A stretch of 64,000 nt of DNA, taken from Clostridia bacterium (GTDB taxonomy: Bacteria; Bacillota; Clostridia; Oscillospirales; CAG-272). A model generated the notes under the pieces. That model made no database searches. It saw only the letters and a list, made by a program, of their open reading frames with translations, and was not told where the DNA came from. A program made the translations under genes and the position numbers. Below are positions 1 through 6,006 of the stretch, one piece after another. The stretch is taken from NCBI GenBank assembly GCA_024405755.1, contig JAKSOD010000001.1, positions 8,752 through 72,751 of the forward strand, in the 5' to 3' direction. Within the stretch, counting starts at the first letter, position 1; each line of letters begins with the position of its first letter.

Positions 1-453
1 GGCTGTACCGCTCTGATAGACGCTATGGCAGATGCAATACATCACATTTCAAATGTTCACAAGTATATCAGAGAAGAGGACGTGCCTGAACATACGGTGT
101 TCGTGATCACGACCGACGGAATGGAAAATGCAAGCCATAGATATACCGCCGAAAAAGTCAAAGAAATGGTGCGTCGTCAGACTGAAGAGAAAAATTGGGA
201 GTTTATTTTCCTTGGAGCCAATATTGATGCCGTACAGACAGCAGGGCAATACGGAATTGCACCTGAACGCGCAGTGAATTATAACTGCGATTCCCACGGA
301 ACAGAAGTAAATTATATGGCGGTCAGTGAAGCAATAACGACGGTACGCGCCAATCGCTCGCTCGGAAATAAGTGGAGAAAGTGCATTGATGAGGATTACT
401 GTTCCCGCGAGCAGGGAAGCAGCATTCCGGGAGGAAAAAAACAGAAGAAGTAA
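1..453 (+). CDS. vWA (von Willebrand factor A)-like domain protein, C-terminal part; 5' end lies outside the window
   Basis: Frame is open from base 1 (GCTALIDAMADAI...). Motifs 'VFVITTDGMENAS' and 'EFIFLGANIDA' look like vWA-fold strands. Stop at 451-453. Confidence 0.55.
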   Translation, partial: GCTALIDAMADAIHHISNVHKYIREEDVPEHTVFVITTDGMENASHRYTAEKVKEMVRRQTEEKNWEFIFLGANIDAVQTAGQYGIAPERAVNYNCDSHGTEVNYMAVSEAITTVRANRSLGNKWRKCIDEDYCSREQGSSIPGGKKQKK

Positions 454-472
454 AACGGTAAGTAAAAAAACG

Positions 473-501
473 AAGGGTATCTGCAACTTGCAGGTACCCT
501 T
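473..501. terminator. Bidirectional rho-independent terminator between the vWA gene and rpmA
   Basis: Near-perfect palindrome aagggtatctgcaa-c-ttgcaggtaccctt. The minus-strand reading is followed by CGTTTTTTTAC. A second 7-bp hairpin sits at 508-528. Confidence 0.6.
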
Positions 502-537
502 TGTTGGCGGTCCGCAGTACACGGACCGTGAGAGCGG

Positions 538-816
538 TCAGTCGGCGTAAACGCTGACCTGCTTCTTATCCTTTGATTTCTGCTCGAACTTGACGTGGCC
601 TTCGATCAGAGCAAACAGGGTGTGGTCAGTGCCCATACCGACATTGTTGCCGGGATGAACAGCGGTACCTCTCTGTCTGATGATGATATTGCCGGCAAGA
701 ACGTGTTCGCCGTCAGCTTTCTTGACACCGAGTCTCTTGGACTCACTGTCACGGCCGTTTTTGGTCGAACCAACGCCCTTTTTATGAGCAAAGAACTGTA
801 AGGAAAGTCTAAGCAT
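538..816 (-). CDS. rpmA: 50S ribosomal protein L27 with cleavable N-terminal extension
   Basis: [32 protein letters not shown]... is the canonical Firmicute L27 with the Prp-cleaved leader (..QFF/A). Start taken at the internal Met of ORF 538..975. Confidence 0.95.
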   Translation of the reverse strand: MLRLSLQFFAHKKGVGSTKNGRDSESKRLGVKKADGEHVLAGNIIIRQRGTAVHPGNNVGMGTDHTLFALIEGHVKFEQKSKDKKQVSVYAD

Positions 817-850
817 AATTAAATCCTCCTTTTGATAAGTGCGCCGTATT

Positions 851-1210
851 TCATTTGTATTCGCGGTCGATAACGTCAACGTCAAGGAAATCGGAATACT
901 CATCGAGCAAATCGTTGAGCTGATAGTAGTAAGCCATAAAGAGTCCCGACACGGCGTAACGCTTTCGCTCGTCATCCTCGAATTCGGGGAGAGCAGCCTT
1001 GGCAGTCACAACGATCCGTGTAGCACCGTCATTTACGTCATACTGTACGTCAGACGCATATCCGAGTTCAACTGCATTGACAATAAGCATTGTCATAGCA
1101 GAGAGAGCAGCGCAGAGAACATCGTCTCCGGCGTCGCCGTACCCGGTGTGCCCCGTTTCTTCAAAGCCGTAAAAAATACCGCCGCTTCTGTAAAATACGA
1201 CCTTTGTCAT
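851..1210 (-). CDS. prp: Ribosomal-processing cysteine protease Prp (YsxB family)
   Basis: 119 aa between rplU and rpmA. Carries the '[21 protein letters not shown]' Cys/His motif typical of Prp. Confidence 0.85.
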   Translation of the reverse strand: MTKVVFYRSGGIFYGFEETGHTGYGDAGDDVLCAALSAMTMLIVNAVELGYASDVQYDVNDGATRIVVTAKAALPEFEDDERKRYAVSGLFMAYYYQLNDLLDEYSDFLDVDVIDREYK

Positions 1211-1216
1211 TTCAGA

Positions 1217-1528
1217 TCAACCCTCGATCTTAGCGATCTGCACTTTGGTGTAGGGCTGTCTGTGACCGATTTTCTTTTTCTCGTTCTTCTTGGATTTGTA
1301 CTTGAAGACGTAGATTTTCGGAGACTTACCGTTGGCAAGCACCTTAGCTGTGACTTTGGCTCCGGCAACGGTAGGAGTACCGATTCTGAAATCGCCCTCT
1401 GAGGATAATGCCTTGACCTGGTCGAAAACGACCTCGCTGTCCTGTTCCGCGTTGAGCTTCTCAATAAAGATGATATCGCCCTCGCTGACCTTGTACTGCT
1501 TTCCGCCGGTTTCAATAACTGCAAACAC
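1217..1528 (-). CDS. rplU: 50S ribosomal protein L21
   Basis: (V)FAVIETGGKQYKVSEGDIIFIEKL...HRQPYTKVQI. The GTG at 1528 is preceded by a GAGAGGTG RBS. The ORF-track start at 1537 lies inside that RBS. Confidence 0.93.
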   Translation of the reverse strand: MFAVIETGGKQYKVSEGDIIFIEKLNAEQDSEVVFDQVKALSSEGDFRIGTPTVAGAKVTAKVLANGKSPKIYVFKYKSKKNEKKKIGHRQPYTKVQIAKIEG

Positions 1529-1610
1529 GAAAAGCACCTCTCTTTCATATAGACTCGCTGACTGATGGCGGCGTCAGAAAGACGCACTTAAAAAAGCCAT
1601 TTACAAGCGG
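1529..1610 (-). promoter_or_regulatory. 5' leader of rplU operon (possible L21-leader type ribosomal autoregulatory RNA)
   Basis: About 80-nt UTR between the consensus promoter and the rplU start, containing the hairpin GCGTC-TTTCT-GACGC. Called from position only; I cannot verify the Rfam L21_leader consensus from memory. Confidence 0.3.
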
Positions 1611-1616
1611 CATCTT

Positions 1617-1645
1617 ATTATACTATATCCCGCCCCCGTTGTCAA
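1617..1645 (-). promoter_or_regulatory. Sigma-70/SigA promoter of rplU-prp-rpmA
   Basis: Minus strand reads TTGACA (1645-1640), 17 nt, TATAAT (1622-1617). Both hexamers are perfect consensus. Confidence 0.75.
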
Positions 1646-1697
1646 TAGTTTTTTCGCATTTTTTGCCTGTTTTTTTATGAACAATGAAGAATATGCA

Positions 1698-1738
1698 GTG
1701 TGATTGTTATTGACAATCACTTGAAAAGATGATATAAT
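1698..1738 (+). promoter_or_regulatory. Consensus promoter with an operator-like palindrome over the -35
   Basis: TTGACA 1710-1715, 17 nt, TATAAT 1733-1738. An 8-bp inverted repeat GTGATTGT(1700-1707)/ACAATCAC(1713-1720) straddles the -35. Confidence 0.6.
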
Positions 1739-1763
1739 AATAAAAAGCTCACGGAGGTTTCAA

Positions 1764-2354
1764 ATGGTCAGTAAGATCCTTTCCAATTTCAAAAAGATCC
1801 CCGCGTATATCCTTTATAATATCTTGGGTTTTGTTGCTTATACGGTACTTGTTTTTATTGTAAATACCGTGAGCGGAGGTGATCTGTTCACTTTGTCCGG
1901 AGCAAATCAGGCTCGGGGATGGAATCCGTCCGATATTGACGCTGGCAAACAGGCGATATTGTTTTTCGTTCTGTTCCTTGTCAACGTTTGCTGCTTTGTT
2001 TCGTTTTTTGTCGCGTACTATTTTATGCTTGCCAAAAGGGAAAAGCACCGCGACGAGTATCTGCGCCGGCTCGGTACGGTGAAATATGACTTTGAGGCGG
2101 AAAGAAAACGGTATTTTCTCGAAGACGCCCTGCCCGAGATCATCTTTTTCTCGGTAATACTCCTCGTAGTTCTCTTAATCGACTTTTTCCCGCTCTCGCT
2201 TTGCTTCGTTTCTCTGACTATGTTCACGGCATATCTTCCGTGGATCTTCGTTCTCCTGCTCGACGTAGCGGGACTGTTCGCGTTCCATTGGTTCGCAGTC
2301 CCGCGCCTCCATACCAAATGGGCGTCGGAAAGAATGAGAGTCGATAACGACTGA
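1764..2354 (+). CDS. Hypothetical polytopic membrane protein
   Basis: 196-aa ORF with several hydrophobic segments and a GGAGG RBS just upstream. No family recognised. Confidence 0.6.
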   Translation: MVSKILSNFKKIPAYILYNILGFVAYTVLVFIVNTVSGGDLFTLSGANQARGWNPSDIDAGKQAILFFVLFLVNVCCFVSFFVAYYFMLAKREKHRDEYLRRLGTVKYDFEAERKRYFLEDALPEIIFFSVILLVVLLIDFFPLSLCFVSLTMFTAYLPWIFVLLLDVAGLFAFHWFAVPRLHTKWASERMRVDND

Positions 2355-2383
2355 CGAATAAAACGAATATTTTGCAAAAAACA

Positions 2384-2419
2384 GCGCCGGGCTGCCTTTT
2401 CGGGCAGCCCGGTGCTTTT
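2384..2419. terminator. Bidirectional rho-independent terminator
   Basis: GCGCCGGGCTGCC-TTTTC-GGGCAGCCCGGTGC with T-runs on both strands (TTTTGCG on plus, TGTTTTTTGC on minus). Confidence 0.75.
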
Positions 2420-2429
2420 GCGTTAATTA

Positions 2430-2917
2430 TTATTTTTCAAATTCAAGATGCAAAAGGTTCCCGTTTTTGCCGACGTAATGACCGCTTCCCGCGAATATCA
2501 ATCCGGTATCTTTGAATAATAGGTAAGGCTCGCCGTACTGAACGTCGACGACGAGATTCCCCTCAAAGTCAACAAATCCCCACTTATTGTAGTCGCGCAC
2601 CGCGATAAGTTTATGTTCCGGGAACACTATGGCTTCGTTATACGGCAGGTCAAGTGCGAGTTCCCGCGCTCGTCGATGTAGCCCCATTTCCGTCCAACCT
2701 CCGCGTCGCAGATCTTGTCGGGGAACGAATAGATTTTCTGATCCCTGCCGTTCAGAAATATGAGCAGGAATACTGCGGCGCATACCAATACGGCGGCACA
2801 GACGGAGATCAGAATTATCAACTTCTTTTTTCGAGAATCGTGCTTTTCTTGAAAGTTTCCAGGATTTTCTTCGTTCATTACGTTGTCAGTCATTTGCGGT
2901 TCCTCCTTTTGAATCAT
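2430..2917 (-). pseudogene. WG-repeat (KWG-type) membrane-anchored protein, frameshifted
   Basis: ORFs 2627..2917 and 2430..2783 are two halves of one gene: '..GRKWGYIDERGN' then '..LALDLPYNEAIVF..NKWGFVDFEGNLVV'. One extra G in the GGG run (plus-strand CCC 2663-2665) would restore 'WGYIDERGELALDL'. Confidence 0.6.
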
Positions 2918-3104
2918 AAAATATTATGATGGCAATTTGTGTAGATCGCTGACTCTCATTATTTAATACAGTAAAAAACAAATGATCTTACACTTTTTGT
3001 TTGAAAAAGAAAAAACACCGATTCATTCGATAATATTTCAAAAACTTTTTGATATTTTGTCAATAGCAGTCTTTCGTATTTACATTTAAATTTGATAAAA
3101 AAGA

Positions 3105-3239
3105 CTAAATACAACAAATGGTGTGTAAAAAAATGACGATAACGAGTTTTTTAACACACCATTGCTTTTTCTGACCGTTTTCATCAATAAAGCTGTAAAC
3201 TACGCAGTAGTGTCCTTTTCTTTCAATTATTGAAGCCAT
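3105..3239 (-). pseudogene. Tyrosine integrase remnant (only the first ~27 codons of the arm-binding N-terminus)
   Basis: 44-codon ORF starting 2 nt after the xis stop. MASIIERKGHYCVVYSFIDENGQKKQW matches the typical integrase N-terminal arm-binding (AP2-like) domain, then diverges into WCVKKLVIVIFLHTICCI*. A 13-bp hairpin (3120-3160) sits at the break. Confidence 0.55.
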
Positions 3240-3241
3240 CT

Positions 3242-3484
3242 TTATTCCTCACTTTCCAAGTATTCTTGTTGTTCAATCATCCATCTATCGAAGTCAAGTT
3301 TGGGTATTCTGTAACTACCGGCAACCGAGACATAAGGAATGATGTTTTCTCTTATCATCTTTTTTACCGTTGACTTTTTTACATCCATCTGTTCAGAGAC
3401 TTCATCAAGAGAGTAGTAAAGCTGTATAACATAAAAGTCCTTTCTCAAGCGAAGGCTTGAAAAGGACTTTCTAACGCAGTACAA
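3242..3484 (-). CDS. Excisionase-family HTH DNA-binding protein (Xis)
   Basis: 'LYYSLDEVSEQMDVKKSTVKKMIRENIIPYVSVAGSYRIPKLDFDRWM' fits the excisionase/MerR-like HTH pattern (..RIP...W). The start is uncertain: TTG at 3484 or TTG at 3448. Confidence 0.65.
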   Translation of the reverse strand: MYCVRKSFSSLRLRKDFYVIQLYYSLDEVSEQMDVKKSTVKKMIRENIIPYVSVAGSYRIPKLDFDRWMIEQQEYLESEE

Positions 3485-3642
3485 AGCTCACCGTGCATAA
3501 AAATAGCGCCATGCAAATCGAATCAAGACAGAAGGATACAAGTATCCTGTAAATCTCAATCCGGCTTCGCACGGCGCTTGGAAGTTTTTCAGCCCTTACG
3601 GGACTGCTCCGCTTGCACGATTAGAAATCGTATTGTTTGTAT
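3485..3642 (-). ncRNA. Candidate structured RNA or leader between the wHTH regulator and xis
   Basis: Nested complementarity. Outer pair: cgtgca 3492-3497 with tgcacg 3614-3619. Hairpin 3590-3606 has a GUAA (GNRA) loop on the minus strand. A 9-bp stem (3506-3514/3569-3577) encloses the palindrome AGGATACAAGTATCCT (3533-3548). No class recognised. Confidence 0.3.
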
Positions 3643-3858
3643 TTAATTATCGAATGGTTCTTTCGTTTCAATAGAAGAACCATTATAATAGAGTTCGCCG
3701 TCTTCATTCATACGAGTCAGATACCTGTAAACAGTGGTACGGCTCACATTCAATTTCTTGGCGAGGTCATTCAGCGAAGGCGAGTAGCCATAGCTCCGTT
3801 TCCAATCATTGACGGTATCGTATATTTCTTTTTTAAGTTCCAAACTCTGAGATCTCAT
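3643..3858 (-). CDS. Small winged-helix regulator resembling the LexA N-terminal DNA-binding domain
   Basis: 71 aa. 'GYSPSLNDLAKKLNVSRTTVYRYLTRMNEDGEL' resembles the LexA_DNA_bind-type wHTH. There is no protease domain. Confidence 0.6.
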   Translation of the reverse strand: MRSQSLELKKEIYDTVNDWKRSYGYSPSLNDLAKKLNVSRTTVYRYLTRMNEDGELYYNGSSIETKEPFDN

Positions 3859-3881
3859 TAGATCGCCTCCGTTTTCTATGT

Positions 3882-3930
3882 GGAACGGTTGTTACAGTTA
3901 CAATTATACTCGTTTCAAGAAAAAAATCAA
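3882..3930 (-). promoter_or_regulatory. Promoter of the wHTH regulator with an SOS-box-like site just downstream of the -10
   Basis: Minus strand reads TTGATT (3930-3925), 16 nt, TATAAT (3908-3903). GGAACGGTTGTTAC (3882-3895) approximates the Firmicute LexA box CGAAC-N4-GTTYC with 2 mismatches. Confidence 0.35.
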
Positions 3931-4014
3931 GGGGTATTATGTGAGTTATCGTATGCTAACAATGAAATGTCGGTTTTGACCGACAAAAACTGCATTTGAA
4001 CTTTCTCCGTCCTA

Positions 4015-4043
4015 TTGAAAAAAAGAAAGACCTGTGTTATAAT
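4015..4043 (+). promoter_or_regulatory. Strong SigA-type promoter (extended -10)
   Basis: TTGAAA 4015-4020, 17 nt, TGtTATAAT (TATAAT 4038-4043). Confidence 0.7.
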
Positions 4044-4069
4044 ATTCGCAAGAACAACAACTGAATAAC

Positions 4070-4199
4070 TTTACCTATTAAGAGTGCGTGAGAGACAAGC
4101 TCGCTGACCGCACAGCAACCTACTGAAAGGCAAGGTGCTAATGCTTGAACGATGGGGATAAATAACAGAACCCCGTCGTGACGATGGGGTTCCTTTTTT
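4070..4199 (+). promoter_or_regulatory. SAM-I (S-box)-like riboswitch candidate with intrinsic terminator expression platform
   Basis: Has 'UUAAGAG', P2 GUGCG(4084-88)/CGCAC(4109-13), GAG/CUC in place of GGG/CCC, 'AGCAACC' (4114-20) and 'AAGGUGCUAAU' (4132-42). The loop CAAGC (4096-4100) is complementary to GCUUG (4143-47). Terminator GAACCCC..GGGGTTC 4168-4192 plus T6. A competing antiterminator pairs 4149-57 with 4171-79. P1 and P4 are atypical. Confidence 0.5.
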
Positions 4200-4240
4200 G
4201 CGCTCTCTTTAGGAATATATTTTTTAGGAGGGCGTTTATT

Positions 4241-4576
4241 ATGCGTCAAATCAAAGATTTAGTTCAGGACAAAGAGAAGGTCTGGGTTTATCTGTCCACA
4301 GATGAAGTCGCTCACGGATTTATCACGAAAGCGATATCCGAAGGGTTTCACTGGTCAAATGGTGAACCAATAAGCGAAACTACAACCGGTTATCTGTTTG
4401 GAGTGCATCGTGATCTGTCGATAGCGCATCTTTCAATGTATATTTGGTGTACTGCGTTTCAATGTCATGGAAAGATACCGGGAACACCGATGTGTATTGA
4501 CTATGAAAAGTACGCTGCCGGAGAGCTTGACTACATCTGTCACGAGCCGCACATCAAAGGTGTAATAACAAACTGA
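4241..4576 (+). CDS. Hypothetical 111-aa protein downstream of the riboswitch candidate
   Basis: The ATG at 4241 is preceded by AGGAGG. MRQIKDLVQDKEKVWVYLSTDEV... No family recognised. Confidence 0.6.
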   Translation: MRQIKDLVQDKEKVWVYLSTDEVAHGFITKAISEGFHWSNGEPISETTTGYLFGVHRDLSIAHLSMYIWCTAFQCHGKIPGTPMCIDYEKYAAGELDYICHEPHIKGVITN

Positions 4577-4585
4577 AATAAATAG

Positions 4586-4630
4586 GGCGATGCCGAGAGA
4601 TAAATTCTTTGGCATCGCTCTATTTTTGAT
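4586..4630. terminator. Bidirectional terminator between convergent genes
   Basis: GCGATGCC(4587-94)..GGCATCGC(4611-18) followed by TCTATTTTTG. The reverse reading is followed by CTATTTATTT. Confidence 0.7.
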
Positions 4631-4643
4631 TGCTCAATCTTCA

Positions 4644-4976
4644 TTAACCGGCGCATATAATTTGAGCGCAGACATCGAAATCGTAATTGAGTTTAACGAA
4701 AGATAAGGACACATCATATTTGTGCTTGGCTTCAAAGATACAGTCATCAAAATCATACTCGTTTGTGATGGTGACAAAGTAAGCCACGCAATCTTCGTCT
4801 GTGTTTTTGATTCGCATCACTTTTATTCCATCCATATCTGACACTTTTTTCTTTACAAAGTCAAACAGCTTAGACGGTGTTTGCTTTTCGTGTTTTGCGG
4901 CTCGTGCCGGTTTGGGGATGAAATGATAACATTGCTTTTGCAAACAAGAGTGTTCCTTCATTTGCTTTTCGGTCAA
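4644..4976 (-). CDS. Hypothetical protein; its frame stays open upstream to 5081 and encodes a Cys-rich stretch
   Basis: TTG start in the ORF track. Upstream in frame: '..RRCIDGTTVGCSKCCGYCQYEEQPGF'. May be the 3' half of a frameshifted gene together with 5042..5317. Confidence 0.4.
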   Translation of the reverse strand: MTEKQMKEHSCLQKQCYHFIPKPARAAKHEKQTPSKLFDFVKKKVSDMDGIKVMRIKNTDEDCVAYFVTITNEYDFDDCIFEAKHKYDVSLSFVKLNYDFDVCAQIICAG

Positions 4977-5041
4977 AAAGCCGGGTTGTTCTTCATATTG
5001 ACAGTAGCCGCAGCATTTACTGCATCCAACTGTTGTCCCGT

Positions 5042-5269
5042 CTATGCAACGACGTTCATATTTTGAATTACTGTCTGCTCGTCAACCGATGGATCATTCA
5101 ATATACTACTAATCTCTATCGAATTATCATAGAGATTGAAAACGCCACAATAACCGGTTACAAGGTCTTTCGTCCATCGAATAGACGGTCTTTTCAAGTA
5201 TGGATCGCAATAATAATTTGAACGGACATAATCCAATAGTTTATCAAGATCATGATGATTTGCGTTCAT
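5042..5269 (-). CDS. Hypothetical protein with weak, degenerate SprT-like resemblance
   Basis: MNANHHDLDKLLDYV..PSIRWTKDLVTGYCGVFNLYDNSIEISSIL.. is patterned like the SprT 'v.w..r....G.c....I.ls', but no HExxH follows. Its 3' end overlaps the open frame of the next ORF for 40 nt. Confidence 0.35.
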   Translation of the reverse strand: MNANHHDLDKLLDYVRSNYYCDPYLKRPSIRWTKDLVTGYCGVFNLYDNSIEISSILNDPSVDEQTVIQNMNVVA

Positions 5270-5300
5270 GTTACAAAAATTCACTCCTATGCTTTTTCGC

Positions 5301-5996
5301 TTACTCAATAGATACAACCCTTATGGTTTTACAGGTTATTTTGTGGCTACCTATATCGAACACCTTTGTATCTGTCCTATCGGGGAATACAGGATAGCAA
5401 TAAAAGTCGAAGATGTATTCATCGGTATCGTAATACAGATGTATGTCCAAGATGCCCTCGAATTCGAGCGTTACAATCTTTGTATCATACTCATATTTCA
5501 GCGTTGCGGTATCGTTCTCTTGCTTGAAATAAAATACCTTCCCGTCGTGAAACCACACATCTTTTTCGTAAAAGAGTTCAGAGTTTTCAATTAGGCTCAA
5601 ATATCGCTTGTAGCTTTCTTCGCCGTCATCGGCTTTGAAATCATTTTGCGCTTTCAGCACTTCATATTCTTGACGAGCCTTACTGATTTCTTTTTCATAT
5701 TTTCCCGGCTCATCAACTAAGTCATATTCAGCCATTGCCGGCTCAATATACTTTTTGAAGCGTTCATAATCGCTAATATTGAAATGACCGGGATAAGCCA
5801 TTTGCTTCAAAATACGAGCATACCAAAGGTGATCTTTTTCGGGTTCCTCGACTGCGGCGAGATATGCTTTCAGCAAATAGAATAAGCCCTTGTTTTCTTC
5901 CCGATGCCACTCGTTACAGTGCTTCGGGCAAACCAAGCAATTCCAAGCCGTTTTATAATCTGATATTATTTGTTCCCAATGTTCTGTGTTTAACAT
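5301..5996 (-). CDS. Hypothetical protein (island operon gene G)
   Basis: Start MLNTEHWEQ at 5996 with a GGTGG RBS, 10 nt after the upstream stop. The C-terminus '..TLKYEYDTKIVTLEFEGILDIHLYYDTDEYIFDFYCYP' is reminiscent, from memory, of DUF4085-type immunity-like proteins. Confidence 0.7.
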   Translation of the reverse strand: MLNTEHWEQIISDYKTAWNCLVCPKHCNEWHREENKGLFYLLKAYLAAVEEPEKDHLWYARILKQMAYPGHFNISDYERFKKYIEPAMAEYDLVDEPGKYEKEISKARQEYEVLKAQNDFKADDGEESYKRYLSLIENSELFYEKDVWFHDGKVFYFKQENDTATLKYEYDTKIVTLEFEGILDIHLYYDTDEYIFDFYCYPVFPDRTDTKVFDIGSHKITCKTIRVVSIE

Positions 5997-6006
5997 ATTA
6001 CCACCG

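Noticed and set aside
839-1587. ORFs 839..1402 (+), 1332..1565 (+) and 1207..1587 (-) overlapping the ribosomal-protein genes
   Set aside because: They overlap the unambiguous rplU/prp genes in other frames or on the other strand. They are shadow ORFs.
3485-3642. A c-di-GMP-I (GEMM) riboswitch, because of the GNRA hairpin and 'GUGCGAAGCCGG'
   Set aside because: The conserved GGCAAACC...GGGACGCAAAGCC core is not present. The similarity is limited to a few nucleotides.
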